Below are positions 18,802 through 28,401 of a DNA stretch of 64,000 nt, piece by piece. Under the pieces are notes generated by a model, which made no database searches, was not told where the DNA came from, and saw only the letters and a list, made by a program, of their open reading frames with translations. A program made the translations under genes and the position numbers. The stretch lies in the NCBI GenBank assembly GCA_026004395.1, contig BPJB01000001.1:15543-79542 (forward strand). The letters are read 5' to 3'. This DNA is from Patescibacteria group bacterium. Lineage in GTDB: Bacteria > Patescibacteriota > Microgenomatia > Levybacterales > UBA12049. Numbering within the stretch: the stretch's first letter is position 1; each line of letters starts with the position of its first letter.

Positions 18802-21297
18802 TTGCTAAATAAATTAGATAAACATATGGCTACACAGCTTGATGGTATAAGAAAAAAAGTATTCTTGGATAGATACTCTCTAAAAGATGAGCATGGTAAT
18901 CCTTTGGAGAAAACCCCTGAGGAAATGTGGAGACGAGTAGCCAAAGGAATTGCCTCTGTTGAAAAGACGGCAGCTTTGCGTAATAAATGGGAGAAAAAAT
19001 TCTATGATCTGATGGAAGGATTTAAATTTCTTCCCGGTGGTCGAATATTAGCAGGCGCAGGTACTGGATTTGATGTTACTTATTTTAATTGTTTTGTTAT
19101 CCCCAATCCTCCTGACTCAAGAGGTGGAATAATGCAAAATCTTACTGAGATGATTGAGATTATGGCTCATGGTGGCGGAGTGGGCTTGAATCTTTCAGGA
19201 CTGCGCCCTCGTGGCTCCCGTGTTAAAAAGGTCAATGGATTTTCATCAGGACCTATTAACTGGGCAGAGTTATATTCCTTAGCTACAAAAGATATTGTTC
19301 AACAGGGAGGATCGCGACGAGGAGCACTTATGTTAATGCTTCATGACTGGCATCCTGATATTGAAGAATTTATTACTGTCAAACAAGATCTCACCAAGAT
19401 TAATGGAGCAAATCTCTCAGTCTGCGTGTCGGATAAATTTATGGAGGCTGTGAAAAATGATCAGGATTGGGATTTGGTTTATCCCGATTTAGATGATCCA
19501 GATTATGATAAAGAATGGAATGGTGATTTGGATGAATGGCAGGCTAAAGGACATAAAGTAAAAGTTTATAAAACAGTCAAAGCTTCCTATTTATGGAATC
19601 TTATTTGTGAAGCTGCATGGCGCTCAGCTGAGCCTGGACTGCACTTTCTTGAGAGATCAAATAAACGCTCAAATACTTGGTATTTTGAAAAATTAATTGC
19701 AACCAATCCCTGCGGTGAACAGCCTCTGGGTGCATGGGCTGTATGCAACTTGGGTGCGATGAATCTTGCAGCCTACGTCAAAGATGGAGAGTTTGATTAT
19801 GAAAGCTTTGGTCAAGATGTGCACATCGCTATGCGTTTTATGGATAATGTCATTGATGACACACATTATTTCTATGAAAAGAATGAAAAAGTTGCCAAAG
19901 ATATTCGTCGAACTGGTCTTGGTATATTAGGTCTTGCCGATGCTTTGATAAAAATGAAAGTTCGTTATGGCTCAGAAGAATCATTACCGATTTTGCATAA
20001 GATCTTTCAGACCTTAAGAGACAATGCATATATTGCATCCGCAAATCTTGCTAAAGAAAAAGGACCATTTCCTAAATTTGATAAGGAAAAATATCTTGAA
20101 GGTTATCATATTAAAAGACTTCCTGAAGAGATTAGATCTCTTATTCGCAAAAATGGAATTCGCAACGCTGTGCTTTTGACTATTGCTCCCACAGGCACCA
20201 CCAGTTTGTTATCGGGAGTTTCATCCGGTATCGAACCTGTGTATGAATTTGAGTTTATTAGACGTGATAGGTTGGGTGAACACAAAATGTATCATCCTCT
20301 TTATGATGAGTGGAGAAAGGCTCATCCAGGTGAGCCAAAGCCTGATTATTTTGTCTCTGCTAATGATCTGACTCCTGAGGAGCATGTCAGAGTTCAAGCA
20401 ATAGCCCAAGAGTATATTGATTCATCTATTTCCAAGACTGTGAATGCTCCTAATAAACACACTGTTGAAGATGTGAAGAAACTTTACATGATGGCATACG
20501 ATTACGGCTTAAAAGGAATTACCTATATGAGAGATGGATCAAGACAGGGTGTTCTAAGTCGTGCTGATTCTGAGCAAAAGAAGGAAGAATTGCCCAAACC
20601 AGCTGTTCCGGTTACTCCTCGTGTTCCACGTCCTGTTGTGTTGAATGGTACGACATATAAAGCAGATAGTCCTATTGGCAGGATGTATGTCACTATAAAC
20701 CATGATGCCAATAATCAACCATTTGAAGTATTTATCACCAGCGGCAAAAGTGGATCAGACGTGATGGCTATGGCAGATGCTCTTGGACGTATGATCTCAT
20801 TTGTGCTGCGTATCCATAGTCCTGTTCCTCCTCGCGAACGACTGCGAGAGATTGTTTCAGAACTCAGTGGTATTGGAGGTGCACGCAGTGTTGGATTTGG
20901 AGAGAATAAGGTTCGTTCACTACCCGATGCAATAGCTAAAGTTTTGGCAAAACATGCAAATTTTAGGGTCAATGGCAAAGTAGAGGATAAAAGTACCACA
21001 ACTTCACTAGATAATTCGATTGCACCAAACACACAGACTAATGGATCTTTTTCCCTCAATGGCAAGAGTAATGGTGAGGCTAATTTTAATCAAGCATCAT
21101 TTTTATCCAAAGTTGATCAAATAGAGACTGATTCTGCAGGACAACAACTTTCTTTAGAGGTTTCACAACTGCAGTTAAATACTCAGCAATTGCCATCAAC
21201 CAATCTTTTTGATATCTGTCCTAGCTGTGGTGCCGGAAGTTTTGCCTATGAAGAAGGTTGTAAAAAATGCTACGCTTGTGGATATAGTGAGTGTTAA
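18802..21297 (+). CDS. nrdJ: class II (adenosylcobalamin-dependent) ribonucleotide reductase with a C-terminal Cys4 zinc ribbon
   Basis: 831 aa; class II RNR core motifs (NPCGEQPL, CNLGAMNL); C-terminal CPSCGAG...CKKCYACG. Confidence 0.9.
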   Translation: MLNKLDKHMATQLDGIRKKVFLDRYSLKDEHGNPLEKTPEEMWRRVAKGIASVEKTAALRNKWEKKFYDLMEGFKFLPGGRILAGAGTGFDVTYFNCFVIPNPPDSRGGIMQNLTEMIEIMAHGGGVGLNLSGLRPRGSRVKKVNGFSSGPINWAELYSLATKDIVQQGGSRRGALMLMLHDWHPDIEEFITVKQDLTKINGANLSVCVSDKFMEAVKNDQDWDLVYPDLDDPDYDKEWNGDLDEWQAKGHKVKVYKTVKASYLWNLICEAAWRSAEPGLHFLERSNKRSNTWYFEKLIATNPCGEQPLGAWAVCNLGAMNLAAYVKDGEFDYESFGQDVHIAMRFMDNVIDDTHYFYEKNEKVAKDIRRTGLGILGLADALIKMKVRYGSEESLPILHKIFQTLRDNAYIASANLAKEKGPFPKFDKEKYLEGYHIKRLPEEIRSLIRKNGIRNAVLLTIAPTGTTSLLSGVSSGIEPVYEFEFIRRDRLGEHKMYHPLYDEWRKAHPGEPKPDYFVSANDLTPEEHVRVQAIAQEYIDSSISKTVNAPNKHTVEDVKKLYMMAYDYGLKGITYMRDGSRQGVLSRADSEQKKEELPKPAVPVTPRVPRPVVLNGTTYKADSPIGRMYVTINHDANNQPFEVFITSGKSGSDVMAMADALGRMISFVLRIHSPVPPRERLREIVSELSGIGGARSVGFGENKVRSLPDAIAKVLAKHANFRVNGKVEDKSTTTSLDNSIAPNTQTNGSFSLNGKSNGEANFNQASFLSKVDQIETDSAGQQLSLEVSQLQLNTQQLPSTNLFDICPSCGAGSFAYEEGCKKCYACGYSEC

Positions 21298-21394
21298 GAT
21301 TGATAAGATCAATTTTTAGAATACGAAGTAAATCAAGAGGTTGTTAGTTAGTGACAAGAAGTGAAATGTGAATTTTTTTGCATTTCACTAAAAT

Positions 21395-21500
21395 CATTTT
21401 AAAGAGATATCCGGTAAGCAGGGTGAAAATCCCTCTCAGTGCCGCTACTGTAAAGACAGAAAACGGATATCTCTTAGTTGATCCCGAGCAGGAATTTAGT
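21395..21500 (+). promoter_or_regulatory. putative cobalamin riboswitch aptamer (compact)
   Basis: GGGTGAAAATCCC...CAGTGCCGCTACTGTAAAG matches the cobalamin core (GGUGnnAAnUCC...CCGCnACUGUAA). It is closed by a perfect 10-bp P1 (gagatatccg 21403-21412 / cggatatctc 21463-21472). Context: between nrdJ and pduO. Confidence 0.45.
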
Positions 21501-21533
21501 AAATCCTTCTTGGGAATTAAGAAGGATTTTTTA
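21501..21533 (+). terminator. intrinsic terminator (putative riboswitch expression platform)
   Basis: aatccttctt-gggaatt-aagaaggatt, then TTTTTTA. Confidence 0.6.
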
Positions 21534-21585
21534 TTTCTCAACGAATTTGATTTGAATTTAATAATCTAAGACGATTTGAACTAAG

Positions 21586-21702
21586 ATGAAAAAGACATTG
21601 TATTTTGAACGCCCATCTACAACAAGAAGGATAATACTTACATTTTTAAGCGGTATTCTTTTTGCAGTAATTATTGTATTAATGATTATTTTTAGTAACT
21701 AA
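21586..21702 (+). CDS. small hydrophobic ORF (38 aa) between the riboswitch and pduO
   Basis: MKKTLYFERPSTTRRIILTFLSGILFAVIIVLMIIFSN; one TM helix. Below the 60-aa cutoff of the ORF track. Confidence 0.3.
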   Translation: MKKTLYFERPSTTRRIILTFLSGILFAVIIVLMIIFSN

Positions 21703-21817
21703 AGTATATTTGAGTTGGCAATACAATGCCTATTAAAAGCAGTGTGAGATACTATTTTTATTTAAATTTAAGTTTCACAAATTTTTGAGTTAATAAAAGA
21801 AAAGGAGAATAGCAATA

Positions 21818-22360
21818 ATGCCTTTATATACAAGAACAGGTGATAAAGGAGAGACATCGCTTTTTGGCGGAAAACGCGTTCTAAAATCAGATGATCGCGT
21901 TCAAACCTATGGAACAATAGATGAGTTAAATAGCGTATTGGGAATTGTTCTTTCTCAACTTGCATCTCGTCACTCTGAAGAAAAAAAGATGTTAGAAAAA
22001 ATTCAAAAAGATTTATTTGTTATAGGAGCATATCTTGCTAATCCTTTAGCAGAGCCTCTAACTCAGTTAGAGAAGCGGGTTAAAGAATTTGAGAAGATAA
22101 TCGATCAGCAAACAGAACAAATACCTCTACTTCGCAACTTTATTCTTCCTGGCGGTGGGAAAGCAGGAGCAACTCTTCATTATGCTCGTACAGTCTGTCG
22201 CAGAGCTGAGAGAAAGCTAGTTGCTCTTATGCAGAAAGAAGATTTGGATAGTTCTTTACTGAAGTATCTTAATCGGCTTTCAGATTTGTTGTATAGTACA
22301 GCACGTCTTATCAATCATAAAGAAAAAAAGAAAGAGACTATTTGGACAAATATCGGGTGA
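21818..22360 (+). CDS. ATP:cob(I)alamin adenosyltransferase, PduO-type
   Basis: MPLYTRTGDKGETSLFGGKRV... and conserved PduO/MMAB motifs; 180 aa; good RBS. Confidence 0.85.
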   Translation: MPLYTRTGDKGETSLFGGKRVLKSDDRVQTYGTIDELNSVLGIVLSQLASRHSEEKKMLEKIQKDLFVIGAYLANPLAEPLTQLEKRVKEFEKIIDQQTEQIPLLRNFILPGGGKAGATLHYARTVCRRAERKLVALMQKEDLDSSLLKYLNRLSDLLYSTARLINHKEKKKETIWTNIG

Positions 22361-22514
22361 AGCATGTGTGATTCATGCGCTGTGCCGCAACTGTGATTTG
22401 GCTAAGAAAGGTTAGTTTATTGCCAACTACTCTTAGTCCAAAAAGCCAGATCCCCGTCATAAATCTTCCGAGCAGAAGTACATATGTGCTCCTGACGGAA
22501 AAGGAGTTTTTTTT

Positions 22515-23927
22515 ATGGAAAGGGAAGCTACTAGATCAATTGTTGAGGGCAATAAAAATTTATATCAACCTCTTTTTTCCACAGAGATTAGTGGTTCCTT
22601 TAATAAAGGTAAAGATGTGATTAACGATCGAGATAGTATACTAACTCAATCTTGCGGTGAGACAGTAATTATCTATGATCAAGCAACTAACAACACTCTC
22701 AAACAATATGATGCTGATTTTGATACATGGGCATATCAAGAGATCCTGAAAATGCGTTTCTCTGATCCTCAGGAATACACTAGAAGAAAAGAACAACTTA
22801 ATGCCTACATAGATAAAAATCTTATAACAAGCATTGGTGAACGTTTGCAGGTGCTCTTAAGTAAAAGAACAGATAGAATTATTGATGGCAAAATATATCC
22901 TGCAGACTCTGATGAATCCATGAGAGAGATTATCTTAAGGGGAATCGAATGGTGTAAAAAAAATGGTTCTACACCACATGATCAGTTAAGAGAAGAAGCA
23001 GAGCTTAGAGGATTTGAGAAGATAGAAAGAGGATTAACTAATCCTAACACACAAATAGGAACAACTTATTTATTTTTTTCTCTTCCCGGAGGAGAAGGAT
23101 CTCAGTATCAAAAAAACTTTTATGATATCTTCACCCTAGAAGAGGAGAATGGGCAGCGGGTTGTTAAATATAGAAGATATAGCTCTAATCTTACTCAAAA
23201 GGACGCTTTGGAAAGGCTTAGACAAATGGGAGGAAGAGGCGAAATTCCAGAAAATCCTACAGATATTGATTTATTAGCCAATCCGATTAGATTTGATCCA
23301 GAACATCAATTTAGTAATCCTGACGCAATTCATCAATTTTTACATGTTGATCATCATGCCTTATCAGAAAAAGAGTTTGAGGAAATTGTAGAGATGTTTT
23401 CTCCCTACAGACAAAAATATATTGAACTTTTATCCAATGATCCCCTTAATATTAGAATGCGCAATCTTTTGCTTAATGCGATGATCAATGTTGCTGATGA
23501 TGCAGAACAACGAATTAGAAAGAGAAAACAGCGTAAGGAAAACAATATTTATCCGCCGCTTTATTATACTGCATCGGAGCGTGAGATTATGTTCTTTGGT
23601 ACAAGACCGGTAATTAATAGAGATACAGGTTGCAGATTATCTTCTGGATTTTTAATAGGGTCCTATGACATTATCAGTGGACCAATGGGTGTATACAGTG
23701 TTTATGATATTGGTTTTGCTCTTCAAAGTTTACGTCCAGAAGATGATCCTAATTTGTGCCGTTGCGGTGGATCGTCGCCGCATTTTCATTGCCCTGGTCG
23801 TAAAACAATCATAGAAGAGGATAAAAATGGTAAAAAGAGAACAAAACAAATTGATTGTAAAAATAAAATTATTGTAGGATTGGGAATTGTTCGCTGCCCT
23901 GAGTGTGGGGAAGGAAAGAAATGCTAA
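22515..23927 (+). CDS. hypothetical protein with a C-terminal Cys-rich zinc ribbon
   Basis: 470 aa. C-terminus CRCGGSSPHFHCPG...CPECGEGKKC. Confidence 0.45.
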   Translation: MEREATRSIVEGNKNLYQPLFSTEISGSFNKGKDVINDRDSILTQSCGETVIIYDQATNNTLKQYDADFDTWAYQEILKMRFSDPQEYTRRKEQLNAYIDKNLITSIGERLQVLLSKRTDRIIDGKIYPADSDESMREIILRGIEWCKKNGSTPHDQLREEAELRGFEKIERGLTNPNTQIGTTYLFFSLPGGEGSQYQKNFYDIFTLEEENGQRVVKYRRYSSNLTQKDALERLRQMGGRGEIPENPTDIDLLANPIRFDPEHQFSNPDAIHQFLHVDHHALSEKEFEEIVEMFSPYRQKYIELLSNDPLNIRMRNLLLNAMINVADDAEQRIRKRKQRKENNIYPPLYYTASEREIMFFGTRPVINRDTGCRLSSGFLIGSYDIISGPMGVYSVYDIGFALQSLRPEDDPNLCRCGGSSPHFHCPGRKTIIEEDKNGKKRTKQIDCKNKIIVGLGIVRCPECGEGKKC

Positions 23928-24100
23928 ATTTAATTATGAAAAATGTTTTAAGTAGTATAAAGGAAAGAACTGGCATTTTAATTAAATACTAAAATTAACT
24001 GAAAATATTGCCTCAAGTATGTAAATTTTTGCCATAGGAAAAATAAATTAAATGTATAATTTTGTTGTTTAACAAGTCCTTGCGTGGTAAGATATAAGAT

Positions 24101-24607
24101 ATGTCAGATGATCAAACACTACACAAAAATCAACCAAATAGCCAAGCTGATTCAGATCAAATCAACTACTCAAAGAATCAGGAAGGTAATCCTTCTTCGT
24201 CTTTAGCGCAGAATTCATCAGTGCAGAATTTAATAAGCGGTCCCCAAAAAGAACATGCGCCCTTAGAAGCGCCTGTTGTAGATTATATCAAGCCTACAGA
24301 GGTAGAACCTGTTCTTCATCCGGAAGTAAAAGAAGTAGGAGTCGAGATTTCACATGATCAAGAAAAACCAAAGCTTACAGAAGAACATCAACGCTTAGGT
24401 ATAGAATACGCAAAGGAATCAGTTCCTGTTTCTTTATCCAAAACCTCTGGTACTAATCTTCCTTATAATCCAGAACAAATAGCAATGCTTAAAAAAACTA
24501 CCCATAAAGACGATTCTAAACACTGGCTGGTAATTTTAACAGAGTATTTACTGAAAAAATTATCTTTTAATTCCAATCAAATGCGCAATCAGGAAAGGAG
24601 GGAGTGA
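24101..24607 (+). CDS. hypothetical protein
   Basis: ORF track only; the stop is 7 nt before the next gene. Confidence 0.35.
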   Translation: MSDDQTLHKNQPNSQADSDQINYSKNQEGNPSSSLAQNSSVQNLISGPQKEHAPLEAPVVDYIKPTEVEPVLHPEVKEVGVEISHDQEKPKLTEEHQRLGIEYAKESVPVSLSKTSGTNLPYNPEQIAMLKKTTHKDDSKHWLVILTEYLLKKLSFNSNQMRNQERRE

Positions 24608-24613
24608 TCATCA

Positions 24614-26971
24614 ATGTCAGCTGAGGGCTTAATATATCTTTTTTTTGGTATAGCTATTGGCTTTGCGTTATTAGGATTTTTGATTTTAGGATTAGGTTAT
24701 ATTTTTATCTTGTGGATGCGTAATAAAGGCCGTGAGAGTGAGTCTTTGAACTCGGTTTTACTTCAAGTATCTGTTCCGCGTGATAACGAGATTAAAATAG
24801 ATGCAGCAGAACAACTTTTTTCAAGTCTTGCATCACTGAGAAAAGGAGGCAGATTATCTTTCCTTAAACCTCAACCCCATCTTTCATTCGAGATCGTGGG
24901 AATGCCGGGTGATATTCGTTTTTATGTGCACGTTCCCAAGAAATACCAAGATTTTGTGGAAAAACAGATTAATGGAGCATATCCTGATGCTGAAATTGTT
25001 GAAGTGAGTGATCCTGCGGCTCGATCAAAAGAAGGAACTGTTATTGGAGGAGAATACAATATCTTTTCCGAAACAGGCAAAGTAGCTTTTGCATCTCTCA
25101 CATTAAAAGGAGATGATTATAAGCCTATCAAAGTCTTTAAAGATATGCCAGTTGACCCTCTTGCATCTCTGACTTCAATTCTTGCCAAAATGGGAGAAGG
25201 TGAAGGAGCAGCCATTCAATTTCTTATTCAACCAGCTGATTCCAAATGGAAAGAAAGCGGCAAAGAGTATCTTGCCAAAACGAAAAAAAACGAAGCCAAT
25301 CCTGAAACAGCCAAGTATAATGCAGATGCAAAAGAGTTGGAGGCAATAGAAAATAAACTTGGCAAGCCTGGATTTCATACAGTAGTTCGAGTAGTTGTTT
25401 CATCATCAACAAAAGAAGCTGCAGAGGCACATCTATCAAATATAATTAATGCCTTTAGTCAATATGCGGGGGTTAATTCATTTACTAAGAATAAACATTA
25501 CTTTAAAGGATTATTTGTTACAGATTTTATATATCGTTACTTTCCTATGCGGGGACAAACAGCTATTCTCAATAGTGAAGAATTGGCAACTCTTTTTCAT
25601 TTTCCCAATAAGAGTGTAACAACTCCTGGTATACATTGGGTTATCTCCAAGCGTGCTCCAGCTCCTGCAAATATTCCCACTGAGGGACTACATCTTGGTA
25701 AAAGCGTTTTTAGGGGGATTGTACGACCTGTTTTTATTGGTAGAGAGGATAGAAGACGCCATATGTATATTATTGGAAAAACAGGTACAGGTAAAACAGA
25801 GTTTCTCAAGCACATGATTATGCAGGATATTCGAGGTGGTGAAGGAGTTGCGGTTATAGATCCTCATGGAGACCTGATTGAGGATATTCTACAGCTTATG
25901 CCTCCAGAGAGAGCAGAGGATGTAATTCTTTTTGATCCATCGGATGTAGAACAACCTCTTGGATTCAATATGTTAGAGGCACAGACTGAGCAGCAGAAAC
26001 ATTTGGTGACGACTTCAGTCATTGGTCTGATGTATAAATTGTTTGATCCTAATAAGACAGGAATTATTGGTCCTCGCTTTGAGCATGCTGTTCGTAATGC
26101 TATGTTAACTGTGATGTATCAGCCGGGAGCAACTTTTATAGAGGTAGTGCGTGCGCTTACAGACCCATCATTTGTTCAGGAGCTTTTACCCCGAGTGGAG
26201 GATCCTGTCATCAGACGTTACTGGACAGATCAAATTGCCCAAACAAGCGATTTTCATAAATCAGAAGTACTTGACTATATTGTCTCCAAATTTGGTCGCT
26301 TCGTGACAAATAAGATGATTCGCAATATTATCGGTCAATCAGAGAGTGCGTTTAATTTTAGGGAAGCGATGGATACGCAAAAAATTCTTCTTATCAATCT
26401 TTCCAAAGGAAAGATAGGAGAGGAGAACTCAAGTTTCCTGGGTCTTGTGTTAGTGCCAAAAATCTTAGTTGCTGCTATGTCTAGACAAGATATGCCAATG
26501 GAAGATAGGCGAGATTTTTTCCTTTATGTTGATGAGTTTCAGAATTTCGCAACACCTGATTTTGCCCAAATTCTATCAGAGGCTAGAAAGTATCGCTTAA
26601 ATCTTATCGTTGCCAATCAATTTGTTGGACAAATGGAAGAGGAGGTAAAGAATGCTATTTTTGGTAATGTTGGTACATTATGTGCTTTTCGTGTAGGCGT
26701 CACTGATGCCAATTATCTTCAGCATGAGTTCCAGCCAACCTTCACAGAGGCTGATCTGATTAATATTGATAGGTTTAACTGTTATGTAAGAACAATTGTT
26801 GATGGTGAGCCTGTACCACCATTCTCTCTTGACACAACTAAAGATATTGCTGCTGAGAAGGCACTGCGTGATCCACGTGTTGCTGAGCTAGTGAAAGAAC
26901 TCTCTCGTCTCAAATATGGTAGGAACGTCAAGGTTGTAGAAGCAGAAATTACTCAGCGTGCCAAACTATAG
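24614..26971 (+). CDS. conjugative coupling-protein (TraD/VirD4/TraG-family)-like ATPase with an N-terminal TM hairpin
   Basis: N-terminal TM region; Walker A IIGKTGTGKT; Walker B FLYVDEFQNF; ARKYRLNLIVANQ motif. The stop TAG abuts the tRNA. Confidence 0.65.
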   Translation: MSAEGLIYLFFGIAIGFALLGFLILGLGYIFILWMRNKGRESESLNSVLLQVSVPRDNEIKIDAAEQLFSSLASLRKGGRLSFLKPQPHLSFEIVGMPGDIRFYVHVPKKYQDFVEKQINGAYPDAEIVEVSDPAARSKEGTVIGGEYNIFSETGKVAFASLTLKGDDYKPIKVFKDMPVDPLASLTSILAKMGEGEGAAIQFLIQPADSKWKESGKEYLAKTKKNEANPETAKYNADAKELEAIENKLGKPGFHTVVRVVVSSSTKEAAEAHLSNIINAFSQYAGVNSFTKNKHYFKGLFVTDFIYRYFPMRGQTAILNSEELATLFHFPNKSVTTPGIHWVISKRAPAPANIPTEGLHLGKSVFRGIVRPVFIGREDRRRHMYIIGKTGTGKTEFLKHMIMQDIRGGEGVAVIDPHGDLIEDILQLMPPERAEDVILFDPSDVEQPLGFNMLEAQTEQQKHLVTTSVIGLMYKLFDPNKTGIIGPRFEHAVRNAMLTVMYQPGATFIEVVRALTDPSFVQELLPRVEDPVIRRYWTDQIAQTSDFHKSEVLDYIVSKFGRFVTNKMIRNIIGQSESAFNFREAMDTQKILLINLSKGKIGEENSSFLGLVLVPKILVAAMSRQDMPMEDRRDFFLYVDEFQNFATPDFAQILSEARKYRLNLIVANQFVGQMEEEVKNAIFGNVGTLCAFRVGVTDANYLQHEFQPTFTEADLINIDRFNCYVRTIVDGEPVPPFSLDTTKDIAAEKALRDPRVAELVKELSRLKYGRNVKVVEAEITQRAKL

Positions 26972-27043
26972 TGGGCCTGGATGGGATCGAACCATCGACT
27001 TCCATTTTATAAGAATGGCACTCTACCGCTGAGTTACAGGCCC
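26972..27043 (-). tRNA. tRNA-Ile (anticodon UAU)
   Basis: Manual cloverleaf: GGGCCUG/CAGGCCC acceptor, D ACUC/GAGU, anticodon stem CCAUU/AAUGG with loop CUUAUAA, T arm GAUGG-UUCGAUC-CCAUC. No encoded CCA. Confidence 0.75.
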
Positions 27044-27475
27044 TACCTAATTCTGTGACAATAAGTATAATTTATCTTAAACTGCGATACAAGTCTGTCG
27101 TAATATGAATTGACATTTTAATTTTTCTTAGTTGTATTTCACCTAAGTCACATCTTGCGTTTTTTTCTTTTACAATTTTTATCTTTTTTTTAAGAAGCTA
27201 AAGTATTCTGCTTTTGAGAATAATTTCTCAGCTAATAAAGAGTATCTTAGCTAAGTTGAGTTACAGCCAAATCTTACTCTATACATTTGATTTTTTTTGT
27301 TTAAGTATAACAGCCCTAATACCTGATTTAATTTAGGTGGACAAACTAAAAAGGATTAATATTTTTCAGACTATTTTTAAAGTAAGAAATGGAAGATTTT
27401 CAGCAGGTATTAAAAGACATGATTTGTTCACTTCCAAAGTTGCTCAAAAGATGTGGGAAGTACATTTTGAGAGGT

Positions 27476-28336
27476 TTAGAGCTCACTCAATTGTGCTGTT
27501 TCTTTTCCGCGTTCTTTTACATACTCAAGGTAGCGTTCAGTGGTTGAGATTCTTTTATGTCCTAAAATTTTGGCTAGGAGGACGAGTGAGACTCCATGTT
27601 TGATATGATGTGCAACAAATGTGTGACGCAGATCATTGACTTTGGCATTCTCAATCTCAGCAATTCTAAAGTAACGTTCAATAGCTGTGCGAATATTGCG
27701 GACTAAGAAAGGTTTGCCGGATTTTGTAATAAATATGTGGTCATCCTTAACTTGAGGTCTGACTTTAAGATAGTTGTTAAGTGCTTCTTTGGCTGGACGA
27801 TTAAGAGGGACTAGTCTTTCCTCATGTTTTTCATAGGGACGAATCCTTAGATTATCTCCTTGGATGTCAGATAGTCTAAGTTCTGCGAGCTCTCCAATAC
27901 GAATACCTGTTTGCAGCAAAAGCTCAATAATAGCAAACATACGCGCATCGTTGCGCGCTGCATCTCGAAGAGCGCGGTATTCAGTAGGTTTGAGAATACG
28001 AGGTGGAGCAAGTTCATATCGTGGATGTTCAACCAGAAGCGATGGATCATCAGTAATATACTCATTTACTTTAAGAAACCTATAAAACGTGCGGGTAGAG
28101 TTGAGTTTTCGAGATAAGGATTTGGGAGTATATCCTTTTTCTGACATTTTGGCTAAAAAGGCTTGAATATCTTCGCTGGTTACTTCATGTACATGATGTT
28201 TTTGGAGTTCTTCTAGAAATGAAGCTAACTGCTCAATATCTTTTCCATATGCTAAAATAGTAGCATTGGAGTGTTTTTTGCTTTTAAGAAATTCGATAAA
28301 TTGTTTATGAGCATCACGAATTTTAGTACTCTGCAT
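27476..28336 (-). CDS. tyrosine site-specific recombinase, XerC/XerD-like
   Basis: 286 aa; N-terminal SAM-like domain; catalytic R..HxxR..Y region (HDLRHTF...HKRISTTERY). Confidence 0.85.
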   Translation of the reverse strand: MQSTKIRDAHKQFIEFLKSKKHSNATILAYGKDIEQLASFLEELQKHHVHEVTSEDIQAFLAKMSEKGYTPKSLSRKLNSTRTFYRFLKVNEYITDDPSLLVEHPRYELAPPRILKPTEYRALRDAARNDARMFAIIELLLQTGIRIGELAELRLSDIQGDNLRIRPYEKHEERLVPLNRPAKEALNNYLKVRPQVKDDHIFITKSGKPFLVRNIRTAIERYFRIAEIENAKVNDLRHTFVAHHIKHGVSLVLLAKILGHKRISTTERYLEYVKERGKETAQLSEL

Positions 28337-28401
28337 AGAAAAAGATTATCCCATAATATCAACTAATTTGCAACTAGTCAAGTAAAAAAAACTGCTCAAA
28401 G

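Noticed and set aside
21354-21390. Hairpin gtgaaatg…catttcac, 55 nt after the nrdJ stop, as an nrdJ terminator
   Set aside because: There is no U-run after the stem. It could be part of the riboswitch leader instead, so it is left unannotated.
27245-27272. Partial copy of the tRNA-Ile 5' end (ggctgtaactca) 230 bp from the tRNA, as a possible att direct repeat
   Set aside because: Only about 12 nt match and the flanks diverge, which fits chance in an AT-rich 64-kb window. Not enough to call an att site.
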